Positions 41,551 to 50,916 of a stretch of DNA of 64,000 nt are shown here, piece after piece. This DNA comes from a bacterium (lineage in GTDB: Bacteria; UBA8248). The notes below the pieces were generated by a model. It saw only the letters and a list, made by a program, of their open reading frames with translations, was not told the DNA's origin and did not search any database. Location: NCBI GenBank assembly GCA_963692865.2, contig OY843592.1, forward strand, positions 3,360,001-3,424,000, in the 5' to 3' direction. Both the position numbers and the translations under genes were made by a program. The first letter of the stretch is position 1. Every line of letters begins with the position of its first letter.

Positions 41551-41802
41551 GGGCTGTTGAAATACCTCTTTCGGATCGGACCGAACCTCTCCCCCCTAGG
41601 CCAGGATGTCAATATGCGTGTAGGGGTCGCATATATGCGACCCGCATTGTGAAGGCGAAAAGGCAGGGCCGCATGATATGTCAGACATATATGTCTGACC
41701 TACAATGCCATCGCGTTTTGCGTTGCAGGACAGGCACAGGGGCCTGTCCCTATAAACCTTCTACTTGCAGGCTCCCCATCCGGAAGACCTTTTCAACAAC
41801 CC
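41551..41802. mobile_element. MITE-like element containing REP-like palindromes
   Basis: Terminal inverted repeats GGGCTGTTGAAA / TTTCAACAACCC; internal GTAG-type palindromes; no transposase. Confidence 0.55.
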
Positions 41803-41809
41803 TCTATGC

Positions 41810-43213
41810 CTACTTTTTCTTCGGCGGGGCGTGGATGGCCTCGCCGTGCACGTCCAATGCCGCCTCCATCACGGCTTCCGAGAGCGTGGGGTGGGAATGG
41901 ATGGTGCCGGCCAAGTCCGAGGCGGTGACGTTGTGCCGCATGGCGACGGCGGCCTCGTGCACGATGTCGGCGGCGTGCGCGCCCACGATGTGAACGCCCA
42001 GAATGGCGTCATCGCCCGCGTCGGCGATGACCTTCACCTCCCCTTCCAGCGCGCGTTCGGCCTGCGCCTTGCCCAGGGCGCGGACCGGGAATTTGCCCAC
42101 GCGCACCGCGCGCCCCGCCTTCGTAGCCTCGTGCTCGGCCATTCCGACGACGCCGATCTCGGGATGCGTGAAGATGCCCGCCGGAATCGCGCGGTAATCC
42201 ATCCGTATCTCTGCGCCCATGGCGTTCTCGGCCGCGGCGACGCCCTCCGCGGAGGCCACGTGCGCGAGCATGGGTTCGCCCACCACGTCGCCCGCCGCGT
42301 AGACGCCGGAGACGTTCGTCTCCATCATGTCGTTCACCTTGATTTCGCCGCGGGGCCCGAGCTCGACGCCGATTCGCTCAAGGCCCAGGCCGTCCGTGTT
42401 CATCGTCCGGCCCACGGATACGAGCACCAGATCCGCGCGCTCCTCCTCCTCCGAACCCTCGAAGCCGGCGGCCATCTCGCCCCCATCGCGCGAGACGGAG
42501 GTTATCTTCTCGTTCAGGCGCACCTTGATCTTCTGCTTTCTGAGTTCGCGCGCCATGAGTTTCGAGACGTCCTCGTCTCCCAACGGCAGGACGCGGTCGA
42601 GCAATTCCACCATCGTAACCTCCGCGCCCAGTTCTCTATAGAGACACGCGAACTCACAGCCGATGACGCCCGCGCCCACGATGAGCACTTTATCGGGGAG
42701 TGTTTTCAAGTGAACGGCCTGTTCGGATGAGATGATCCGCTCGCCGTCGATGGGAAAGGCGGGAATCTGCGCGGGCCGCGAACCCGTGGCGATGATGATC
42801 TTGTCGGCGGATATGATCTCGTGCGCCCCGTCTTTTCCGCGCACGGAAATCCTGCCCGTCTCCAGAATCTCGGCCTCGCCCGCCACGTGGCCCACCCCGT
42901 GGGCCTTGAACAGCCCGCCGATTCCGCGCACGAGGCCTGCGACTATCTTGTCCTTGCGCTCGACCATGGCGGCGAGGTCGGCGCGCACCTCGCCGGTGAC
43001 CTCGATGCCGTAGGCGTCCGCGTTCTTGATGTTCCGGTAGACTTCCGCCGCGGCGATCAGGCTCTTGCTCGGGATGCAGCCCCAGTTCAGGCAGGTGCCG
43101 CCCAGTTCGCCGCGTTCGACCACCACGCAGTTTCCCCCGCCCTGGGCGGCGCGCACGCCCGCCACATAGCCCGCCGGGCCGCCTCCGATCACCGCCACGT
43201 CATACGCCGCCAT
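41810..43213 (-). CDS. lpdA: Dihydrolipoyl dehydrogenase
   Basis: GGGPAGY, GGTCLNWGCIPSK, GAGVIG, HSHPTLSEA. Confidence 0.96.
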   Translation of the reverse strand: MAAYDVAVIGGGPAGYVAGVRAAQGGGNCVVVERGELGGTCLNWGCIPSKSLIAAAEVYRNIKNADAYGIEVTGEVRADLAAMVERKDKIVAGLVRGIGGLFKAHGVGHVAGEAEILETGRISVRGKDGAHEIISADKIIIATGSRPAQIPAFPIDGERIISSEQAVHLKTLPDKVLIVGAGVIGCEFACLYRELGAEVTMVELLDRVLPLGDEDVSKLMARELRKQKIKVRLNEKITSVSRDGGEMAAGFEGSEEEERADLVLVSVGRTMNTDGLGLERIGVELGPRGEIKVNDMMETNVSGVYAAGDVVGEPMLAHVASAEGVAAAENAMGAEIRMDYRAIPAGIFTHPEIGVVGMAEHEATKAGRAVRVGKFPVRALGKAQAERALEGEVKVIADAGDDAILGVHIVGAHAADIVHEAAVAMRHNVTASDLAGTIHSHPTLSEAVMEAALDVHGEAIHAPPKKK

Positions 43214-43260
43214 GCTCCCTCCCTCGGGTGTCGCTGTTCTCGGGCGAGAATTCCCGGCCC

Positions 43261-43289
43261 ATTAGACCAAGGTTCCGCGCTGATGCCAA
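43261..43289 (-). promoter_or_regulatory. Candidate lpdA promoter
   Basis: TTGGCA-17 nt-TCTAAT with TG extension; conserved in a second copy near 44707-44735. Confidence 0.5.
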
Positions 43290-43317
43290 ACGGGGCTGTT
43301 AAAGCCCCCCTGACAAG

Positions 43318-43703
43318 GGATTGTTGAAAAAGCGCCACCTCGCTCAGTCGATTCCTCCCTCATCGGTCGGTATCGAACACCGCCGTCATTCCGGCGAAAG
43401 CCGGAATCCATTCTCAAGCGGAATGACAATGCTTTGTCTTTTCATCTCCTAGTCGTTGGCGAGAAGCAATCAGAAGCCAAAAAACAAAGGCAAAGCAAAT
43501 GGATTCCGCAAACCCTCCCTCCCCGGTCGGGTCTGACATCGGAATGGCGAACAAAACCGCACCGCCTCCTGTAGTGACAGCCCCTCCTCGGGGCTGTCCC
43601 ACAAGTCGCAACCTCGGACAGGCGCAGGGCCTGTCCGCTACAGCCCCCTCCCCGGTCGGCCAACATGCGACGAATCGCGAAACCAGGGCTTTTTCAATAA
43701 CCC
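43318..43703. mobile_element. MITE-like element containing REP-like palindromes
   Basis: Ends GGATTGTTGAAAAAGC / GCTTTTTCAATAACCC; internal GTCATTCCGGCGAAAGCCGGAATCC and GGACAGGC..GCCTGTCC. Confidence 0.55.
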
Positions 43704-43815
43704 ATTACGGGTGGGGCAGTCTCCAAGTATACAAACTTAACATCAGGCCCAATATGTGCCATGATTTTCAATTCCTTAGTGGCAGGCGTTCGCCTGCTTG
43801 CCGGAGGGCAGGAAG

Positions 43816-44058
43816 ATGAACTCACAGCATGACAAGAACCGGGCTGCATACAACGCCATGAAGGAAGAAATGGAGGCTGAACACTTCGGAAGGGCGGCAT
43901 TGCTCCATGACGGGGAAATTGTGGAAATTTATAACGATAGCGGTGACGCATATGCGATCGGTTGCGAGAAATTCGGTCTTGGCAATTTCTCAATCGAAAA
44001 CATCGGTGAACCGCCGATATCTCTCGGCGTTTTCACCATGTGCCTGCCCAAATCCTAA
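43816..44058 (+). CDS. Small hypothetical protein (DUF5678-like)
   Basis: HFGRAALLHDGEIVEIY..DAY..G pattern; directly precedes a retropepsin-like gene. Confidence 0.6.
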   Translation: MNSQHDKNRAAYNAMKEEMEAEHFGRAALLHDGEIVEIYNDSGDAYAIGCEKFGLGNFSIENIGEPPISLGVFTMCLPKS

Positions 44059-44074
44059 GCCAACAAAACACTAG

Positions 44075-44512
44075 ATGCCTACGTTCCGGGGTCGGGTGGA
44101 AAACAGAGAAGTCTGCCTGTTTGTCGCCATTTCGATCGGGAGCCCGCCATCGGCGCGGACCGAGCCTAAATCTTATCCGGCAATACTGGATACGGGCGCG
44201 CAAGGCACCATGATATCCCAGAAGGTGGTCGATGAAGGAAAACTGTCCAGCATCGGTTTGACCGATATCATCCCCGTCAGCGGGAATCCAATCCAAACCG
44301 AAAAATACAGGGTGAGGGTCGACATCCCGATTGGAGAGCAATTGGAGACATCGGGAGGAGGAACCGGCCCATGGCTCAATCTACGAGGCAAGGAAATCGA
44401 AGTTTCCTTGCTTCCGTTCCAGCCCAATAATTTCGACGTATTGCTCGGCATGGATTTTCTGTCGGAAGTTCACTTTACCATGTACAAGGACGAATTCATC
44501 CTCAGTATTTGA
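44075..44512 (+). CDS. Retropepsin-like (clan AA) aspartyl protease
   Basis: AILDTGAQGT and DVLLGMDFL. Confidence 0.82.
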   Translation: MPTFRGRVENREVCLFVAISIGSPPSARTEPKSYPAILDTGAQGTMISQKVVDEGKLSSIGLTDIIPVSGNPIQTEKYRVRVDIPIGEQLETSGGGTGPWLNLRGKEIEVSLLPFQPNNFDVLLGMDFLSEVHFTMYKDEFILSI

Positions 44513-44626
44513 TGATCCTTTTGACGAGCGCTTGCCATACGGCTTTGTCCGGTGTGGGGAGGTGACGGCGCTCTTCGATATGGCGATCACTGCTCCTCGC
44601 TTTGCTCCTGTCCAAGTCGCAGGATA

Positions 44627-44741
44627 CGCCTCCGATCACCGCCGCTTCATACGCCGCCATGTTTCCTCCTTTGAATAAGGCGATCCAAGAACCGAAACCC
44701 AAGCCCATTAGACCAAGGTTCCGCCCCGATGCCGAATGGGG
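44627..44741 (-). pseudogene. Duplicated 5' end of lpdA (promoter, RBS, first 11 codons)
   Basis: ATGGCGGCGTATGAAGCGGCGGTGATCGGAGGCG (MAAYEAAVIGG) versus lpdA MAAYDVAVIGG; GCCCATTAGACCAAGGTTCCGC shared with 43257-43278. Confidence 0.8.
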
Positions 44742-44797
44742 GGAGGGATTCAGACTAAATCCACTCGGAAGCAACCTTGACAAGGAAAACTGAATAA

Positions 44798-44807
44798 TGT
44801 AGCTACA
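44798..44807. promoter_or_regulatory. Palindromic operator candidate for the RelB/DinJ antitoxin
   Basis: TGTAGCTACA perfect palindrome downstream of TTGACA (44777). Confidence 0.5.
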
Positions 44808-44836
44808 ATGAGGCTACACGCAAAGGGGGACGCTAT

Positions 44837-45094
44837 ATGCCGACGGATACAGTCGTACGCGCCCGAATCGACAGCGAGACCAAGGCCCGCGCCACCGAGG
44901 CGCTGAACGCCATGGGCCTTTCGGTTTCCGATGCGATTCGCCTGCTCATGATGCGCGTGGCGGAGGAGCGAAGGCTGCCCTTCGTCGTCCGCGCGCCGAA
45001 TCCCGCCACCCGCAAGGCGATGAAAGAACTCGACGAGGGCAAGGGGGAGCGCTTCGACAGCGCCGAGGAATTGTTCGAGGATCTGGGCACCTAG
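44837..45094 (+). CDS. RelB/DinJ family antitoxin (no adjacent toxin)
   Basis: VVRARID..K..A...L..MGLSVSDAIRL, LPF, PN..T..AM.E, ELFEDL. Confidence 0.88.
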   Translation: MPTDTVVRARIDSETKARATEALNAMGLSVSDAIRLLMMRVAEERRLPFVVRAPNPATRKAMKELDEGKGERFDSAEELFEDLGT

Positions 45095-45224
45095 TTTAAT
45101 ACTTGCTTCCACTCCCTTCCTTTGAAGAAATGTATCCCCAAAGAGACCGATTACGCTTTACGATAGATCGCAGAATGCGTCATTCTTCGGGTGGTCTGCT
45201 TGGGTCCAGTAAAGGAGAACCTGA

Positions 45225-46529
45225 ATGCCGTGCGCTGGGATTAAAGTAAATTCGGGCGATTCGTTTACCATTATCCCGTGTCAGTTTTCATCTAATTATC
45301 CAGAAAATGAGTTGATGGAAGTGGACGGCAAACAATTGTGCCACTTTCACGCACCGCTTGAAGATAACAGCGGCAATCTCACAGAAAAGGGAAAATGGAG
45401 GCAAGATAAAAATCAGAAATTTTATGCGGAAATCTCGGAATTGCGAGAAAAACTCCTAAATTCAGCAGACGATCAAGTATTAGATTTAAGTGGTATTGTT
45501 TTTCCCGGTTATGTGAATTTTCAAGGACAAAAATTTCCTGAAGTTGATTTTTCTAATGCCCGATTCAGTGGTGTTTATGCCAATTTCAAAGGCGCTATCT
45601 TCAAGGGATATGCCAAATTTCACCAGGCTATTTTCAGCGTTCATGCGGAATTTCGAAACGCCACATTCGAAAAGGACGCGGACTTTTTTTCTGCACAATT
45701 CAAAAAAAAAGCTGAATTCCGCTGCACCAAATTCATGGGTGGAGACGCTGATTTTCGAAAAACCGAATTCAACGAGCAGACAGACTTCAAAAATGCCTAT
45801 TTCAAAGAAAACGCTTATTTCACTTCTAAAGGAAATAGCAATCATGCAAATTCTTTTCAAGACGTGGTTGATTTTTCTGGTGCAAAATTTCTTTGTAAAG
45901 CTATTTTTGACAATCGAAAATTTCTACAAGAAACCATCTTCAAAAATTGCACCTTCCATAAAGCACCTCGTTTTCATAACTGTCAGCTTCACCAGGATAC
46001 AAATTTCACGGACGCGGATTTTCGGGACACGAAAAGCGACAAGGCGATTGGTGCATATCAAACGCTGAAACTGGACATGGAGGAAAAAAGGGCGCGGCAG
46101 GAGCAGTTGATGTTTTACGCCCTAGAGATGAAGAGCAGGCGGCATACGGAAAAAAAGAAGCTGGTCAAATTCCTTTCATGGCTATACGAGGTAACGTCCG
46201 ATTACGGACAAAGCATTTCTCGCCCATTGCTATGGCTGGGAGGTTCTTATTTAATTTTCGCGACTATTTACACAATCTTTTTCAACGAACTTCTCATAGA
46301 ACGCTTGGTAAATGCAGATAATTTGCATTTATTTTTTAGCTTTAGTCTGGAGCAGATTATTCGCCCATTCGGCGCGTTGGATTCTTCTTCATTGTCCGAG
46401 TTTCTCAAAAAAGTTTGCTCTCCAAATCTTTTGACCCTGCGCCTCATCGCAGGTCTTCAATCGCTCTTGAGTCTCTTGCTTCTGCTCCTGAGCGCTCTCG
46501 CTGCGCGCTGGCGCTTCAAGATCGGGTGA
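45225..46529 (+). CDS. Pentapeptide-repeat protein with C-terminal membrane domain
   Basis: Many AxFxxAxF repeats; LYEVTSDYGQSISRP followed by hydrophobic helices; AT-rich DNA. Confidence 0.75.
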   Translation: MPCAGIKVNSGDSFTIIPCQFSSNYPENELMEVDGKQLCHFHAPLEDNSGNLTEKGKWRQDKNQKFYAEISELREKLLNSADDQVLDLSGIVFPGYVNFQGQKFPEVDFSNARFSGVYANFKGAIFKGYAKFHQAIFSVHAEFRNATFEKDADFFSAQFKKKAEFRCTKFMGGDADFRKTEFNEQTDFKNAYFKENAYFTSKGNSNHANSFQDVVDFSGAKFLCKAIFDNRKFLQETIFKNCTFHKAPRFHNCQLHQDTNFTDADFRDTKSDKAIGAYQTLKLDMEEKRARQEQLMFYALEMKSRRHTEKKKLVKFLSWLYEVTSDYGQSISRPLLWLGGSYLIFATIYTIFFNELLIERLVNADNLHLFFSFSLEQIIRPFGALDSSSLSEFLKKVCSPNLLTLRLIAGLQSLLSLLLLLLSALAARWRFKIG

Positions 46530-46601
46530 GGAAGCGGGACAGATGCGGAACAACTACCCCGCCGCCGGCATTGCGAAACACATTCTGGAGCACATGTAGT
46601 T

Positions 46602-47342
46602 ATGTCCACGATTTCCAGCATCGAATGGACCGAGATGACATGGAACCCGGTGACCGGCTGCACGAAGATCAGCCCCGGATGCAAGCACTGCTACGCCGAG
46701 AGGATGTCGAAACGGCTACAGGCCATGGGAATGAATAAATACAAAAACGGATTTTCCATAGCCACCCACGATTCATCTCTCGATGAACCATTGAGGTGGA
46801 AGAAACCGCGCCTCGTCTTCGTCAACTCCATGTCCGATCTGTTTCACAAGTCAGTGCCGTCCGGTTTCATCGAGTCCGTTTTCGAGGTGATGAACCGCGC
46901 GCCTCGGCACACGTTTCAGGTACTCACCAAGCGGCCGAACCGCGCCGCTCTGCTCGGCAGGAGGCTGAACTGGACGCCCAACATCTGGCTCGGCGCGAGC
47001 ATCGAATCCGAAAAATGGCTCGGGCGTCTCGCGCCGCTCAGGGCAACCGGCGCGCGGACGAAGTTCCTCTCCCTCGAACCCCTGCTCGGCCCCTTGCCAA
47101 GCTTGAATTTGACGGGCATCGACTGGGTGATCGTCGGTGGGGAGTCCGGGCCGGGCGCGAGGCCGATGGAGCCGGACTGGGTGAGGGAGATTCGCGACAA
47201 CTGCGTACACAGCGGCACGCCCTTTTTCTTCAAGCAATGGGGCGGCGTATTCAAGAAAAAGACGGGCCGTGTGCTCGACGACAGAACGTGGGACGAAATG
47301 CCGGAGGCGGCGCGATTGCGCACGGACGAGACATGCGGATAA
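46602..47342 (+). CDS. DUF5131 / phage Gp37-Gp68 family protein (three-Cys motif)
   Basis: [51 protein letters not shown]. Confidence 0.9.
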   Translation: MSTISSIEWTEMTWNPVTGCTKISPGCKHCYAERMSKRLQAMGMNKYKNGFSIATHDSSLDEPLRWKKPRLVFVNSMSDLFHKSVPSGFIESVFEVMNRAPRHTFQVLTKRPNRAALLGRRLNWTPNIWLGASIESEKWLGRLAPLRATGARTKFLSLEPLLGPLPSLNLTGIDWVIVGGESGPGARPMEPDWVREIRDNCVHSGTPFFFKQWGGVFKKKTGRVLDDRTWDEMPEAARLRTDETCG

Positions 47343-47355
47343 TCCAACACCCGCC

Positions 47356-47859
47356 CTAACCCCCGAACACGTCCCTCAACTCCGATATCCTGAGCAACAG
47401 CATGAGCGGCTCGCGATCCGAGAACGCGCGGAAGCCGAAGCGCTCGTAAAAATTCCCGGCTCTCTCATCGAGCGCCTGGACGATGACGGCGCGCGCGCCG
47501 ATGAGGTCCACCGCCGCCAGGGCTCTCCGGCATGCGTCTCCGATCAGATCGCCGCCCAGACCCCTGCCCTGATAGTCCAAATCCACCGCGAGCTGTCCGA
47601 GAAGGATCACCGGAATCGGTTCGGGCATGTTTCTGCCGACGCGAGAGGAAACCCGCCGCCTCTCCACCGAGCCGGCAGCGAGGCTGTAAAAGGCGACCAC
47701 GCGCCCGCTCTCGCATACGACATACGTCCGCGCGCCGCCCTTCGACTCGTTCAGCCTGCTCTTGCTTTTCAGCCAGGCGTCGAGGCTCCGCGCGCCGGAG
47801 TCGAACCGCGATACGTCGTGGTGCGCGCCCAGCGGCTCGGGCCCCGTCAACTCTCCCAC
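47356..47859 (-). CDS. GNAT acetyltransferase toxin (TacT/AtaT-like)
   Basis: FDSG..LD.WL, PIPVILLGQLAVD, QGRGLG, FYERFGF. Confidence 0.87.
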   Translation of the reverse strand: MGELTGPEPLGAHHDVSRFDSGARSLDAWLKSKSRLNESKGGARTYVVCESGRVVAFYSLAAGSVERRRVSSRVGRNMPEPIPVILLGQLAVDLDYQGRGLGGDLIGDACRRALAAVDLIGARAVIVQALDERAGNFYERFGFRAFSDREPLMLLLRISELRDVFGG

Positions 47860-48104
47860 AGCGGCCTGCGCATGAGGCGCTCGCGCAACCGGTCGTTTGG
47901 TTCGGCGGGCGCTTCGAGGGCCGCCAGAAACGCATCGAAGGCTTCATCGTCGAGCGCGATGACGGGCCGCTCGTTCAGCGTCTCTATCGCCGCCGCCTCG
48001 CTCGCCCTGAGCACGAACTCGGTGCGCGTGACGCCCCGAATCTCCGCGGCCCTGTCAATAAGCGCCAGGCGTTCGTCTTTCACCCTGAGATTCATCTGGC
48101 CCAT
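47847..48104 (-). CDS. DUF1778 family antitoxin
   Basis: NLRV....LIDRAA, TRTEFVL, F.AFL.AL..P..PN. Confidence 0.88.
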   Translation of the reverse strand: MGQMNLRVKDERLALIDRAAEIRGVTRTEFVLRASEAAAIETLNERPVIALDDEAFDAFLAALEAPAEPNDRLRERLMRRPLWES

Positions 48105-48225
48105 TCACCGCCTCTCCCGGTTGCTGGACATGGATTTGCGCAACCCTTGATGTATAGCGTTTGCATATACGATTGTCAAGACATATCGCCCCTCGCCTCT
48201 TGAATCGAAACCAACCCACTGGCAA

Positions 48226-48470
48226 GGGGTTGTTGAAAAAGCTATCCCTCTCGCATCAACCACGTTTTACCCGTAGGTCAGACATATATGTCTGACATAT
48301 CATGCGGCCCGGCTTTTTTCGCCTCTCCGGCGGCGGGCCGCATGATATGCGGCCCCTACAGTCAAACCCAATCGGCAAGGAAACATGGACAGGCACGGGG
48401 GCCTGTCCCTACGGCTAACGCGGCTTTGTCCGTCATTCCGGCTTGCGTCGGAATGACGGACAAAGCCGCA
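48226..48470. repeat. Cluster of REP-like palindromes after a GGGTTGTTGAAAAAGC end
   Basis: GTAGGTCAGACATATATGTCTGACATATCATGCGGCCC (inverted copy near 41665-41703), GGACAGGC..GCCTGTCCCTAC, 21-bp stem GCGGCTTTGTCCGTCATTCCG. Confidence 0.75.
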
Positions 48471-48619
48471 AACGCTCCCCACTGGGCGACAATGCCTGTT
48501 AAGGAGGGAGTAATTGTAAACATGCGTAGCGTGACCTTGAAGAAATCCCCTCTCCACTCGACACCATCTCCATCAAAATATATATTATAGATATAATCTT
48601 TTGAGAGGAGGATAATTGC

Positions 48620-48859
48620 ATGGGTGCGAAATCGCACATCGCCAAATGGGGCGACAGCCTGGCCGTCCGCATCCCGAAGCCCATCGCCGAGCAATGGGGC
48701 GTCCGGGAAGGTTCGGCCATCGAGATGAGCGCGCGCGGCGACCGGGTGGTGATGCGCAAGAGAGGCTACCGGCTGGCCGACATGCTCGCCGAGATGAACG
48801 CGGACAACCTCCACGCCGAACAGGACGCCGGCACGGCGCAGGGCGCCGAGGCGTGGTAG
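48620..48859 (+). CDS. mazE: AbrB/MazE family antitoxin
   Basis: KWGDSLAVRIPK, Y.L.DML, G.E.W. Confidence 0.88.
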   Translation: MGAKSHIAKWGDSLAVRIPKPIAEQWGVREGSAIEMSARGDRVVMRKRGYRLADMLAEMNADNLHAEQDAGTAQGAEAW

Positions 48860-49218
48860 CGAGACGGGAAGTTACCGGCGCGGACTACGTTCCGGGCAGA
48901 GGCGACGTCGTCTGGCTATCCTTCACCCCCCAGGCCGGACACGAGCAGGCGGGCCGCCGCCCCGCGCTGGTCGTCAGCCCGCGAAGCTATAACGAGAAGA
49001 GCAGTCTGGCGCTGTTCTGCCCCATCACTTCGAGAGCCAAGGGCTATCCCTTCGAGGCGGCGCTGCCCGCCGATGGCCCGGTCACGGGCGTGGTTCTCGC
49101 CGATCAGGTGAAGAGCCTCGACTGGCGGGCCAGAGGCGCGCGCCTGGCGTCCAAAGCTCCGCCGCGCGTGGTGGGCGAAGCGCTGGAAAAACTGGCCGTC
49201 CTCCTGGAGCAGGACTGA
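48853..49218 (+). CDS. mazF: MazF/PemK endoribonuclease toxin
   Basis: YVP.RGDVVW..F.PQAGHEQAGRRPALVVSP, CPITS, DQVKSLDWRAR; GTG start overlapping mazE. Confidence 0.92.
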   Translation: MVARREVTGADYVPGRGDVVWLSFTPQAGHEQAGRRPALVVSPRSYNEKSSLALFCPITSRAKGYPFEAALPADGPVTGVVLADQVKSLDWRARGARLASKAPPRVVGEALEKLAVLLEQD

Positions 49219-49328
49219 GGCGGGCGCATCTGCGATAATCCATCGACGAGCGGATTATGCTATAATCGCGGGAAACGAAAACCGCGCGCCGCTCCGCCCT
49301 GTCGGCGCAGCCTCTTCGGGGATACGAC

Positions 49329-50255
49329 ATGAAAGAAGGCATGAGACCCGGCGACCGCCTGCCCTATTCGGCCATCATCGATCGCAAGCCGCTCAAACTT
49401 CCCGAAGGCGCGCGCCTGGCGCTCTGGCCCGTCCTGGCGCTGGAGGTGTGGGACATCGTGCGGCCCATGGCGCGCATGGTGATACCCCCGCCCCAGGGGA
49501 CGCCGATGCTCCCCGATCATCCCAACTGGAGCTGGCACGAATACGGGATGCGGGTCGGCGTGTGGCGCATCAAGCGCATGCTCGACGATCTGGGCGTGCG
49601 CCCGACGGTGACGCTGAACGCCCGCACCTGCCTGGAGTATCCGCGCGTCGCCGGTGCGTGCCTGGAAGCGGGCTGGGAGTTCAACGCCCACTCCTACGAG
49701 CAGGTGCCGATGCACAAGCTCGACGACGAGCGCGCGACCATCGACAAGTGCATGGGCATCATCACGGATTTCTGCGGCAAGAGGCCGCGCGGCTGGTTCG
49801 GACCGGGGTTGACCCAGACGTATAAGACGCTGGATCTGCTCGCCGAGGCCGGTATCGAATACATCGGCGACTGGGTGCTCGACGACCAGCCGGTGCACGT
49901 GAAGACGACGGCCGGCAAGTCGGTCGTGGCGCTGCCCTACAACTACGAGCTCCACGACATCGTGAGCATGGCGATCCAGTATCACGAGTCCCGGGTCTTC
50001 CGCGACCGCGCGATTGATTACTTCGAGACCGTTTACGCCGAAAGCCACGAATCCACCAAGGTAATGTCGGTCGCCATGCACCCCTACCTCTCGGGTTCGC
50101 CGCACCGGATCAAATACGTGCGCGAGACCTTCGAGCATATCCTCTCCAAGCCGGGGGTGGTTTGCTGGGACGGCGAGCAGATTCTCGACTGGTTCCTGAA
50201 AGAACGCCCGGCGCCGAAACCCCGCAGGAGCCGCGCCGGGAGGAAAAGTACCTAG
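49329..50255 (+). CDS. Polysaccharide deacetylase family protein (PuuE/allantoinase-like)
   Basis: WSWHEYGMRVGVWR, PRGWFGPG, DDQP, MHPYLSG. Confidence 0.82.
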   Translation: MKEGMRPGDRLPYSAIIDRKPLKLPEGARLALWPVLALEVWDIVRPMARMVIPPPQGTPMLPDHPNWSWHEYGMRVGVWRIKRMLDDLGVRPTVTLNARTCLEYPRVAGACLEAGWEFNAHSYEQVPMHKLDDERATIDKCMGIITDFCGKRPRGWFGPGLTQTYKTLDLLAEAGIEYIGDWVLDDQPVHVKTTAGKSVVALPYNYELHDIVSMAIQYHESRVFRDRAIDYFETVYAESHESTKVMSVAMHPYLSGSPHRIKYVRETFEHILSKPGVVCWDGEQILDWFLKERPAPKPRRSRAGRKST

Positions 50256-50916
50256 CCCGACGACGACGCGGTCCGGCGCCAGTCGCCCGCAGCGTCGCCG
50301 AACCGGCCTGCCGGGAGCGCCCGGAAACCGAAGCGCTCATGGAGGCTTCTCGTCCGTTTCTCCCTCGAAGAAGGTTTCTTTCCGGCGACGCCGCCGAAAG
50401 ATACGCCGAAAGACACGCCATTCACGGACACGGCGGATACGCGGGGGGAGGCGTCTTTGGGGCGAACGCCCGGCAATCTCCGCGCCGCCCCGGCCGCTCG
50501 AACCACGCATTTCCCCGCAGTTGCGGGTTCCGGGGCGGCGTATCATTCTCCCGCTCGACGCGACGCCGATCCGGGAACCGCCCCGCGAGAATCCCCCGTC
50601 GCGCCGTCCGGGCGCGCGGGAGAGGGCGTCACCGGGACGGGCGCCGGGCGGCGAAATCGAGACGAATCAATTCTGAAAAATAAGATAAAATTGGATAAAT
50701 TCACGACGTTTTTCGATAAATTTCCGGCGTTTTTCCCGGGGCGTCCGGGGCGTTCTCGGGGGCGTTCTCGCGCGATGCAGGCGCCCCGGCCGGCGGCTCC
50801 GCAATCCGGGTTCAGGCGCCCCGGCGCCGATCGGAGGGCGCGCCGCCGCTTCCGGATGCGAGGCGGCGGGAGACGGCGGGGCGGTTTTCGGCCGCCGTTT
50901 CCCCCTCTCGCGCCGG

